Shown here in pieces: positions 8,195-15,968 of a DNA stretch of 32,000 bases. Position 1 is the first letter of the stretch; every line of letters begins with the position of its first letter. The translations under genes and the position numbers were made by a program. Origin of the DNA: Candidatus Nanoarchaeia archaeon (lineage in GTDB: Archaea; Nanobdellota; Nanobdellia; Woesearchaeales; JANQNC01); the NCBI GenBank assembly GCA_028279745.1, contig JANQNC010000001.1:570001-602000 (forward strand), in the 5' to 3' direction. Under the pieces are notes generated by a model that saw nothing but the letters and a program-made list of their open reading frames with translations, had not been told where the DNA came from and ran no database searches.

Positions 8195-8202
8195 TTTATA
8201 AA
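8195..8202 (+). promoter_or_regulatory. TATA box (TTTATAAA) for the tRNA-Trp gene
   Basis: AT-rich TATA element about 30 nt upstream of the mature tRNA 5' end at 8232, the usual archaeal spacing allowing for a short leader. Confidence 0.4.
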
Positions 8203-8231
8203 CCACCAAAAACCTCAAAAAAAACAACAAC

Positions 8232-8451
8232 GGGGCCGTAGTATAACCTGGCTAGAATAGTTGGCTCCAGTCATGGAGCGATGAGGCGAAAGCCGATGAT
8301 ATTGCCAATGGAAGATACCAACGGATCTGGGTTCGAACAGCCGGTTACGCTCGGCTGGCGCGCAATAGGCGACATGCGCACCTTCGGTGCTTAGTCACCT
8401 GGCAAGTGCCAAGCAAAATGCGGAATCGTGTCGGAAGTCCCAGCGGCCCCA
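8232..8451 (+). tRNA. tRNA-Trp (anticodon CCA) with two introns: about 46 nt at 37/38 (8271-8316) and about 100 nt in the T-loop near 59/60 (about 8338-8437)
   Basis: Hand fold:
- Acceptor GGGGCCG (8232-8238) / CGGCCCC (8444-8450), discriminator A8451.
- U8, A14, G18G19 and A21 present.
- Anticodon stem GUUGG (8260-8264) / CCAAC (8318-8322).
- Loop CU-CCA-G + A gives CUCCAGA after splicing.
- T-stem CUGGG (8327-8331) / CCCAG (8439-8443).
- T-loop UUCGAA + U8438 gives UUCGAAU.

The spliced product is 74 nt. Weak point: the D-stem (GUAU/GAAU) has one A.A mismatch and two G.U pairs. Exact splice junctions are approximate. Confidence 0.8.
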
Positions 8452-8476
8452 CTTAATATTATAAAAAAGAGGTAAA

Positions 8477-9613
8477 ATGACTAAATCTCATCTGTTCGGA
8501 GCAGCAGCAACAATAGTGGGAACTGTAGTAGGAGCAGGAATTCTAGGAATACCTTACGTAATATCACAAACAGGAGTAACAATAGGAATGATACAACTAT
8601 TAGTGATTGGGTTAATATTCATATTACTAAATCTCTACATGGGAGAAATAGTACTAAGAACAAAAGGAAACCATCAACTAACAGGATATGCAGAGAAGTA
8701 CATAGGAAAAAAAGGAAAAATACTGATGACACTATCAATGGTGCTAGGAACTTGGATCGCGCTAGTAGCATACGGAGTTGGAACAGGACAGGTAATCGCA
8801 GGAATCTTAGGATGGGGCAACCCCATAACTTACGGAGTTATACTCTTTTTAGTATTGTCAACAATACTCTCATTTGGAATAAACATACTAGAAAACATGG
8901 AAAAATTACTGGTTACAGTGATGGTAGTGATAGTCGTAGTAATAATTCTACAAACAATACCTTTCCTAAGGATGGATAATTTAACGACAATAAATTATAC
9001 ACATACTATCAGCTCGTTCGGAGTAATATTCTTCGCATATTTAGGATCAGTATCAATAGTTGAAGCAAAAGAGATACTAGGAAAGAAAAGACACTTGCTA
9101 AGAAGAGCGATAATCCTGGGTATGACTATACCAATGATAATTTATGCATTATTTGCATTCTTTGTAGTGGGAGTTACAGGAGCGAACACAACGGAGGTAG
9201 CAACAATAGGACTAGGACTAATGTCCTCAAAATACATAATACTGATAGGAAATATACTGGCATTGTTTACAATGAGCACATCATTCTTAGCATTGGGATT
9301 TGCGGTAAAGGAAATGTTCCAGTTTGATTACAAATTGAAAAAAAATAAAGCACTATTCTGCACTCTTGCAGTGCCTTTTATAATAGTCACATTAAACTTA
9401 ACTGGTTTCATAAATGCACTAAGCATAGCAGGAGCGTTAGAAGGAGGAATCATAAGCACGCTAATCATTTTCATGATACTAAAAGCAAAAAAGAAATCAG
9501 ACAGAAAACCAGAATTCACAACACCAATAAACAAACCCGCAGCAGTATTAATCGTGTTATTTTTCGCAGCAGTTATGGTCTACCAAGTGGCAAAAACGTT
9601 TGGTCTAGTATAG
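8477..9613 (+). CDS. amino-acid transporter, APC superfamily (AAAP / aromatic-amino-acid-permease-like)
   Basis: About 11 TM segments. The N-terminal TIVGTVVGAGILGIPYVISQTG matches the G.GiL.lP motif shared by Aa_trans and Trp/Tyr permease families. SD AGAGGT upstream. Confidence 0.8.
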   Translation: MTKSHLFGAAATIVGTVVGAGILGIPYVISQTGVTIGMIQLLVIGLIFILLNLYMGEIVLRTKGNHQLTGYAEKYIGKKGKILMTLSMVLGTWIALVAYGVGTGQVIAGILGWGNPITYGVILFLVLSTILSFGINILENMEKLLVTVMVVIVVVIILQTIPFLRMDNLTTINYTHTISSFGVIFFAYLGSVSIVEAKEILGKKRHLLRRAIILGMTIPMIIYALFAFFVVGVTGANTTEVATIGLGLMSSKYIILIGNILALFTMSTSFLALGFAVKEMFQFDYKLKKNKALFCTLAVPFIIVTLNLTGFINALSIAGALEGGIISTLIIFMILKAKKKSDRKPEFTTPINKPAAVLIVLFFAAVMVYQVAKTFGLV

Positions 9614-9655
9614 CGAATATTTTATAAATAAGCACAGAAAAAGACCAAAGAAAAA

Positions 9656-10402
9656 ATGGATAAAGAGTTATTAGAGCGAGTGAGAGAAGGTAAGATCCCA
9701 GAACATATTGCGATAATAATGGATGGCAATAGAAGATGGGCGAAAGAAAATAGTCTTATGCCTTGGGAAGGACACAAAAAAGGAAAGGAGACACTGCACA
9801 AGCTAAGTGAGTTTCAAAGAAGTGATTCTGCGTTACCAATAAAATCGATAACATTATACTCTCTATCAGAAGACAACAAAACAAAAAGAACCCCAAAAGA
9901 AAGAGAAGAGCTAATGAAACTTTTTGAGGCAGGATTCAGAGGGATACTAAAAGATAAAAACATATTTGAAAGCAAAGTAAAGATATCTGTATTTGGAGAT
10001 TATACCGAATTACCAGAGAATGTAAGTGCTGTAATAAAAGAAGCGATAGAAAAAACAAAAGATCACGATCAATTCTTCCTAAACTTCTGTATAAACTATG
10101 ATGGACAAAGCGAGATTGTTCATGCCTGTAAAAAAATAGCTTCAGACTTTAAAGAAAATAGGCTTAGTGATGAAGATATAACAAAAGAACTAGTCAAGAA
10201 AAACATATTTACTTCAAAGTTCAAAGCACCAGAACTAATAATAAGAAGCGGAGGAGAAAAAAGGTTATCTGCATTCATGTTATGGGATTCAAGCTATTCG
10301 GAGTTTTATTTTTCTGACAAATACTGGCCAGACATGACTGAAGAAGACATAGTCAAAGCAATTGATGAGTTTCAACAGAGACAAAGAAGATACGGACAGT
10401 AA
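9656..10402 (+). CDS. uppS: cis-prenyltransferase, undecaprenyl-diphosphate synthase family
   Basis: HIAIIMDGNRRWAK signature, IRSGGEKRLSAFMLWDSSYSEFYF and a C-terminal RRYG. Confidence 0.9.
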   Translation: MDKELLERVREGKIPEHIAIIMDGNRRWAKENSLMPWEGHKKGKETLHKLSEFQRSDSALPIKSITLYSLSEDNKTKRTPKEREELMKLFEAGFRGILKDKNIFESKVKISVFGDYTELPENVSAVIKEAIEKTKDHDQFFLNFCINYDGQSEIVHACKKIASDFKENRLSDEDITKELVKKNIFTSKFKAPELIIRSGGEKRLSAFMLWDSSYSEFYFSDKYWPDMTEEDIVKAIDEFQQRQRRYGQ

Positions 10403-10650
10403 TTCTTTATCGATTTAACCGACGGTAAACTTATAAAAACAAATACACAAAATTTTATATACTAGATGCATTACTCCTAAATAATATAGATGTGTAGTCA
10501 TTATAAAATGGCAAAAAACCGCGAAACATTTATATATTAGTTAGTACTCACTAATGGTTACAAATCAATGGTGATTTAATGGGGGTTGGTTGATAAAAGA
10601 AGGGTAAAAACTCTTTAGATTAATTGAAAAAGCTAAAAGAGGCTAAAAAA

Positions 10651-11973
10651 ATGGAATACAAACAAGAAAACATGAAACAAATCTCTGAACAAGCTAAAAA
10701 CCCAAGTTATATTTCTAAAATCGGAAGCAAAATAAAGAAAGGATTAGGGTATATCGGAAAAGGAACAATGGTAGCACTTCTAACATACATGCTAAGCAAA
10801 GGAGCATCAAATGTTGCAGCTCAAAACACTGCTGGAAACCACATCGTATCCGGGAATTACAGAAGCGAAGGACAAGTTGCTAACGCAGGATACAGCTATT
10901 TCAAAGGAGACAAGACAAGAGCAAACGCAACAGTATCAAACACAGGAACACAAGGAACAACAGGATCATTAGGACTAAACCACAACTTCACATACCTTGG
11001 ATTTGGAGGTAATGTAAGAGGCGGAGAAGACATGTTTGGATGGACGCTTAACTCATTAATAAGAACAGCAGACAAAAAATACAGATTAAGATTAAACTAT
11101 GGACAAAGCGATGAATCAAGCCAAGACAACGGCATAGTTTCAATGGTAAACACAAGAGAGATGGGTGCAGGAGCTGAAGCAAACTTCAAGAATGATAACT
11201 TTTCTCTTGACTATCAAAATATAGATGTAGATGTTGACGTAACAATACCCGGAATGCCTGCACAAACAATAGATGCGTTAGTACACGTTGGAGTTGGGGC
11301 ATACACACACGACTTTGGTGACAGGTTACTTCAAAACGCAACATTACTAGGAATCTATGTTGATGACCAAACAAACCAATCATTCACACTATTGGGAATA
11401 CTTAAGGAACAGTTCGGCAAGAAAGTTGGACTAGTAAATGGCCTTGGTTACAATTTCCAAAACGATGAATGGAATTATTTAGCAAACCTAATCATTGGAT
11501 CACAAAGCAACAACCAATCAAAAGACGTTAAAGACAATGAAGTAAGAAGAAGAATTAGAAAGAACTCAGTTTTGACCAATGATGACTTAAGGAGATTAGC
11601 TAGAGAAGAATCAGGACAGTATCTACTAAACTCAGTGATAGCAGTGAGCGGAAGCGAAGGACCAAACACAAGCGATCTAAATGCTAACTTCAGAGTAAAC
11701 TTCGGAGGATTAGGAAGTTTCTTACCTCTTATAGGACCTGAAGTATTCTACATGAGCTATAACTTTCAAGTACCAGGCACAAACCTGAACTTAGAGCAGA
11801 GCAGAGTAGGAGGAGGCTTAAACTTGTTGTTCGGAAGAGGTTTTGACGCAAAAATAATGGGTTACAAACTTACCAAACAAGATGGAACAAGTGAAAAGCA
11901 CGCGACAGCACAACTAAGAAAGAAATTTAGAACAGGTAAAAGAAAAAACCTGAGAAAAAAACAATCTAGATAA
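10651..11973 (+). CDS. hypothetical secreted/membrane protein, Gly/Asn/Ser/Thr-rich and beta-strand-rich (porin-like pattern)
   Basis: I prefer ATG 10651 (SD AAGAGGCT 5-6 nt upstream) over the TTG at 10624 in the track. Hydrophobic segment TMVALLTYML near the N-terminus. Many short alternating hydrophobic/polar stretches. Basic C-terminal tail. Confidence 0.7.
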   Translation: MEYKQENMKQISEQAKNPSYISKIGSKIKKGLGYIGKGTMVALLTYMLSKGASNVAAQNTAGNHIVSGNYRSEGQVANAGYSYFKGDKTRANATVSNTGTQGTTGSLGLNHNFTYLGFGGNVRGGEDMFGWTLNSLIRTADKKYRLRLNYGQSDESSQDNGIVSMVNTREMGAGAEANFKNDNFSLDYQNIDVDVDVTIPGMPAQTIDALVHVGVGAYTHDFGDRLLQNATLLGIYVDDQTNQSFTLLGILKEQFGKKVGLVNGLGYNFQNDEWNYLANLIIGSQSNNQSKDVKDNEVRRRIRKNSVLTNDDLRRLAREESGQYLLNSVIAVSGSEGPNTSDLNANFRVNFGGLGSFLPLIGPEVFYMSYNFQVPGTNLNLEQSRVGGGLNLLFGRGFDAKIMGYKLTKQDGTSEKHATAQLRKKFRTGKRKNLRKKQSR

Positions 11974-12001
11974 AACAAAACCACACAGGAGGAAATAAAA
12001 A

Positions 12002-12802
12002 ATGATAAACAGAATAAAACAATACGCAAGCAAAGCAAAAAACTATGTAAAAAAAGCAGTTGTTACTGTAACAACATTAGCTATGTTATACTCACCAGCT
12101 AGCGGAGTAACAATGAGTGCAGGAAACGACAAGATACCTGAAAAGCTAGTACCAGGTAAAAAGTACCAGGTTATAATGGATGATCACTCAGACCTAGGAA
12201 GAGAAGCAGCTGATGATTTATATAAATCAAACTCAAACGCAGATTTCATAAAAATATCAAAAATGAATAAATCATTCAGACAAACAATGAGAAACTTCAA
12301 AAGCGAATTCAAAAGAATGTTAGGAAGAGATTACAATAAAGTAAAGAAAAATGAGATTTTTAATGTTGTTGCAGACCAATACGGTAATGGACACTTGGAA
12401 GGCTACCAAAACGCACCTGCACAAGCAGCTGCACCGACACCAGCACCTGCACCAAAACCTGCAGCTAAACCAGTTCCAGCAGCTGAAAAAGCACAAGAAG
12501 GAAGATCAAAAAGCTCAATGACTGAAGCAGGAAAAGAAGAAAACAAACAAACAAGAGCAAACGAAGCTCCAGATCTACTAAAAAGCAACTTATACCTGAC
12601 TGTTGAAGACATGTTGAACTCAAATAACCCATACGCTACATCATTAGCAAACAAATGGATCAAAGAATTCGGAAGAGACACAACTGCATCAGTTCTATAC
12701 GATGGACTAGTTGCACACGTAGCTAACGACACAGCAGATGTTTTCGAAGAGAACATAAACCCTGAACAAGGAAGAGCTCTAGAAAAAATAGCTAAAGAAT
12801 AA
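12002..12802 (+). CDS. hypothetical membrane-anchored protein with an Ala/Pro-rich linker
   Basis: SD AGGAGG upstream. N-terminal anchor AVVTVTTLAMLY. Linker AQAAAPTPAPAPKPAAKPVPAAEKA. No family recognised. Confidence 0.7.
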   Translation: MINRIKQYASKAKNYVKKAVVTVTTLAMLYSPASGVTMSAGNDKIPEKLVPGKKYQVIMDDHSDLGREAADDLYKSNSNADFIKISKMNKSFRQTMRNFKSEFKRMLGRDYNKVKKNEIFNVVADQYGNGHLEGYQNAPAQAAAPTPAPAPKPAAKPVPAAEKAQEGRSKSSMTEAGKEENKQTRANEAPDLLKSNLYLTVEDMLNSNNPYATSLANKWIKEFGRDTTASVLYDGLVAHVANDTADVFEENINPEQGRALEKIAKE

Positions 12803-12819
12803 ATAGTTTAACCAAGGTA

Positions 12820-12838
12820 GGATCTCAAAAGAGATCTT
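12820..12838 (+). terminator. intercistronic stem-loop (GGATCTC-AAAA-GAGATCT)
   Basis: Inverted repeat of 6-7 bp directly after the 12802 stop, followed by T-containing AT-rich sequence and a TATA-like TCTATATTATTATAA (12841-12856). Possible attenuator or terminator before the PKD gene. Confidence 0.3.
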
Positions 12839-12901
12839 ATCTATATTATTATAACTAGAAAAATGAGCGGAACAAAAACAATCAAAAATGGTGAAGGAAA
12901 A

Positions 12902-15900
12902 ATGAAAACAAAACTAATATCAATATTATTCGCAATTTCACTAATGATTTCAATCTTTCCTGCAGCATATGCGTCAACAAACATATTGCCAGTTGTAACA
13001 TCATTTACAGTCACACCAATATCAACAGAGGTTCTCAAACCTGTTGCGTTTGTAGCAACAGCAAGCGATAGTGATGGGTTCATATCAAACTATGTATGGG
13101 ACTTTGGAGATGGAACCTCAGACACAACAAGCCCAGGTACAACTAGCCACGTATATAGAACCCCCGGAAACTATCTAGCATCAGTTACAGCAGTAGACAA
13201 TGACGGCGGAGCTGCATCAGACACAGAATGGATCATGATAAAACAAATAGGATTAGCACCATATGTATCACTACAAGCATCACACAGAACCATAGAAACA
13301 AACAAGCCAATAACATTTATTGCAGTAGGTGAAGACCTAAATGAAGGGGGAAGCATAACAACATACATGTGGGACTACGGAGATGGAAGAGAAGATACAG
13401 TAACCTCTTCAGCTATAACCGACACAAAAACAAAAACATTCTCAACACCAGGAGATTATCTGGTGACAGTAACTGTAGTAAATGAGATAGGAAAAGCAGC
13501 ATCAGACACAGAATGGATAACCGTAACAAGACCATCATACCAAAACCCAATTGCAATTGTATCAGCAACACCGATAAGCGGAGAAGCACCACTAACAGTA
13601 AGCTTTACAGGAAGCGGAACTGCATTTGGCGGAGCGACAATCACAAACTACGCATGGGACTTCAACAATGATGGAGTTACAGACAGCAACAAAGCATCAG
13701 ACTCTCATACATATAACACACCAGGAAACTACAAAGCAACACTAACAGTTGTAGATAGCAACAACAAAGTAGGAACCAAGGATGAATGGATCATGGTAAA
13801 AACACCAGGAAAAGCACCATACGTATCACTACAAGCAGACAAAGTATCAGGAAACGCACCAATGACCGTTAATTTCTTAGCAGTTGGTGAAGACGACGAT
13901 GGAACTATTGTAAGCTATGCATGGGACTTCAACGGAGACGGAGTTACAGATAAAACTGGAGCATCAGCAACTGAAACATTCAGCACACCTGGAAACTACC
14001 TAGTTACAGTAACAGTAGTTGACAACAGCGGAAAAGCAGCATCAGACACAGAATGGATCATGGTAAAATCACAACCAGTAGTTACAATAACTGCAAGCCC
14101 AATAAGCGGAGAAGCACCACTAACCGTAGACTTTAGTGCAACAGCAACAGGAACAACAGGCGGGATTGCAAAATACGAATGGGACTTCAACGGTGATGGA
14201 GTTACAGATAGCACATCAAGCAATCCAGAATACACATTTACCACCCCCGCAAACCAAAAAGTAACATTAAGAATTGAAGACGGCGCAGGAGCTGAAGCAT
14301 TTGGTGAAGAATGGATCATGGTAAAAGCACCAGGAAAAGCACCATACGTATCACTACAAGCAGACAAAGTATCAGGAGAAATTCCAATGACAGTCAACTT
14401 CAACGCAATAGCAGAAGATGATGATGGAACAATCGAAAGATACATGTGGGACTTTAATGGGGATGGTGTTACAGACAGCACATTACAAAACCCAATCAAG
14501 ACATACAACACACCAGGTAACTATCTAGTTACAGTAACTGTAGTTGATAACAGCGGAAAAGCAGCATCAGACACAGAATGGATCATGGTAAAAGCTAAAG
14601 GAAAAGCACCATACGTATCACTACAAGCAGACCCAATAAGCGGAGAAGCACCACTACAAGTATCATTCAATGCAATTGCTGAGGATGATGACGGAACAAT
14701 CGAACAATACATGTGGGACTTTGACGGAGACGGAAGTACAGACAGCGAAGTACAGAATCCAGTCAAAACATACCAAACACCAGGAAATTACTTGGTAACT
14801 GTAACAGTAGTTGACAACAGCGGAAAAGCAGCATCAGACACAGAATGGATCATGGTAAAGGCACCAGGTCAAGCACCTACCGTAACCATGACAGCAAATC
14901 CTAAAGAAGGAAAAGCACCATTAGATGTGAATTTTAACGCAATCGCAAAAGACACAGACGGAACAATCGAACAATACATGTGGGACTTTGACGGAGACGG
15001 AAGTACAGACAGCGAAGTACAATCACCAACCCACAGATACAACACACCAGGAAACTATCTAGTTACAGTAACAGTAGTTGACAACAGCGGAAAAGCAGCA
15101 TCAGACACAGAATGGATACTAGTAGAGAAATCAAACATAGCACCATCAGTTGCAATATATGCTGACCCATCACAAGGAGAAACACCATTAACCGTATCAT
15201 TCACAGCAGTAGCATACGATGAAGACGGAACAATCGTAAGTTATGAATGGGATCTAGATGGAGATGGAAGCATAGACAGAACAGGAAGACAAGTTGAGTA
15301 CATCTACACTGAAGTAGGAGACCACTTAGTTGAAGTAGTTGTAACAGATAATGATGGACTAACAGCTTCAGACGATCAGTGGATAACTGTAACAGATGAA
15401 ACTTACGAGCTATTAGTACAGTTGAATGCGGACAGAACAAATGTTAACATACCAGACGATCAGGTAACATTCACAGCAGTAGCAACAAGTTCAAGAGGAC
15501 AAACTGTTGACATAGCAAGATATGAATGGGACTTTGACGGAGACGGAAGCATTGATAGAACTACATCAACAAATGTGGCAGTACATCAATACACATTACC
15601 TGATATGAACTATGCAGCAAGAGTGACAGCATTTGATAATAACGGTCAATACGGAAGTGATGAAGTTATGATAACAACACAAAGAATCATTGTAGATGGA
15701 TACAACTGGGAGTTCTTCACAGGATGGAACTATGTGCAACTACCAGCTAGAATCGTGCCAATAAGCAATGATATAACATCAGTACTTTCAGACCTAGACT
15801 ACGAAATTGCATGGAAAGACAACAGCGGAACATGGCAATTTTACCTGCCATCAGAAAGCGTGGGAGAGTTCAACACAATAGACCATGGAGTAGATTACTG

Positions 15901-15955
15901 GATCTTATCAAATGAGAATAAGAACGTAACAGTTCCAGTAGTGGTCACAAGCTGA
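12902..15955 (+). CDS. secreted surface protein with about 10 tandem PKD domains and a distinct C-terminal domain of about 90 aa
   Basis: Signal peptide MKTKLISILFAISLMISIFPAAYAS from ATG 12902 (SD-like GGTGAAGGA upstream). The track start 12863 would lie at or above the predicted TSS. Ten units of about 88 aa carry the PKD hallmark W(D/E)FGDG...Y..PG.Y.V.L.V.D. No C-terminal TM anchor. Confidence 0.9.
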   Translation: MKTKLISILFAISLMISIFPAAYASTNILPVVTSFTVTPISTEVLKPVAFVATASDSDGFISNYVWDFGDGTSDTTSPGTTSHVYRTPGNYLASVTAVDNDGGAASDTEWIMIKQIGLAPYVSLQASHRTIETNKPITFIAVGEDLNEGGSITTYMWDYGDGREDTVTSSAITDTKTKTFSTPGDYLVTVTVVNEIGKAASDTEWITVTRPSYQNPIAIVSATPISGEAPLTVSFTGSGTAFGGATITNYAWDFNNDGVTDSNKASDSHTYNTPGNYKATLTVVDSNNKVGTKDEWIMVKTPGKAPYVSLQADKVSGNAPMTVNFLAVGEDDDGTIVSYAWDFNGDGVTDKTGASATETFSTPGNYLVTVTVVDNSGKAASDTEWIMVKSQPVVTITASPISGEAPLTVDFSATATGTTGGIAKYEWDFNGDGVTDSTSSNPEYTFTTPANQKVTLRIEDGAGAEAFGEEWIMVKAPGKAPYVSLQADKVSGEIPMTVNFNAIAEDDDGTIERYMWDFNGDGVTDSTLQNPIKTYNTPGNYLVTVTVVDNSGKAASDTEWIMVKAKGKAPYVSLQADPISGEAPLQVSFNAIAEDDDGTIEQYMWDFDGDGSTDSEVQNPVKTYQTPGNYLVTVTVVDNSGKAASDTEWIMVKAPGQAPTVTMTANPKEGKAPLDVNFNAIAKDTDGTIEQYMWDFDGDGSTDSEVQSPTHRYNTPGNYLVTVTVVDNSGKAASDTEWILVEKSNIAPSVAIYADPSQGETPLTVSFTAVAYDEDGTIVSYEWDLDGDGSIDRTGRQVEYIYTEVGDHLVEVVVTDNDGLTASDDQWITVTDETYELLVQLNADRTNVNIPDDQVTFTAVATSSRGQTVDIARYEWDFDGDGSIDRTTSTNVAVHQYTLPDMNYAARVTAFDNNGQYGSDEVMITTQRIIVDGYNWEFFTGWNYVQLPARIVPISNDITSVLSDLDYEIAWKDNSGTWQFYLPSESVGEFNTIDHGVDYWILSNENKNVTVPVVVTS
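12980..15687 (+). repeat. in-frame tandem coding repeats (about 264-270 bp period, 10 units); units 4, 6, 7 and 8 share near-identical DNA blocks
   Basis: A block encoding TPGNYLVTVTVVDNSGKAASDTEWIMVKA recurs at about 13985-14066, 14503-14592, 14777-14860 and 15043-15125. A block of more than 60 nt, CGGAACAATCGAACAATACATGTGGGACTTTGACGGAGACGGAAGTACAGACAGCGAAGTACA, is identical at about 14695-14755 and 14961-15021. Confidence 0.85.
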
Positions 15956-15968
15956 GGAGGACAAGAAA

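Noticed and set aside
8232-8451. The 220-nt G+C-rich island as SRP RNA or an RNase P RNA fragment. It has paired termini GGGGCCG/CGGCCCC, a GGAAGUCCCAGC string and an ACAGCCGGUUAC string.
   Set aside because: The strings resembling conserved SRP and RNase P motifs are in the wrong order and context for either RNA. The whole locus resolves cleanly into a tRNA-Trp with two introns: perfect acceptor, anticodon and T stems, a CUCCAGA loop and a UUCGAAU loop.
5323-8451. A possible integrated mobile element using tRNA-Trp as its attachment site, given the orphan genes next to a tRNA.
   Set aside because: No integrase, transposase or other phage-like gene is present. I did not see a direct repeat of the tRNA 3' end elsewhere in the window. 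This cannot be fully excluded without a repeat search.
13171-14766. Antisense ORFs inside the PKD gene (13171-13368, 13456-13644, 13996-14511, 14521-14766). The same applies to similar shadow ORFs elsewhere: 154-507, 5747-6232, 7478-7751, 12403-12756, 16067-17933, 18358-18837, 22912-23421, 25912-26364 and 28483-28899.
   Set aside because: They lie fully within stronger sense-strand genes that have recognisable motifs or signal peptides. Their products are low-complexity and repeat along with the sense repeats. These are typical shadow ORFs.
12980-15687. The regular repeats as a possible CRISPR array or satellite.
   Set aside because: The period is about 267 bp. The repeats are in frame within one long ORF and encode PKD domains. 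No short repeat/spacer alternation is present.
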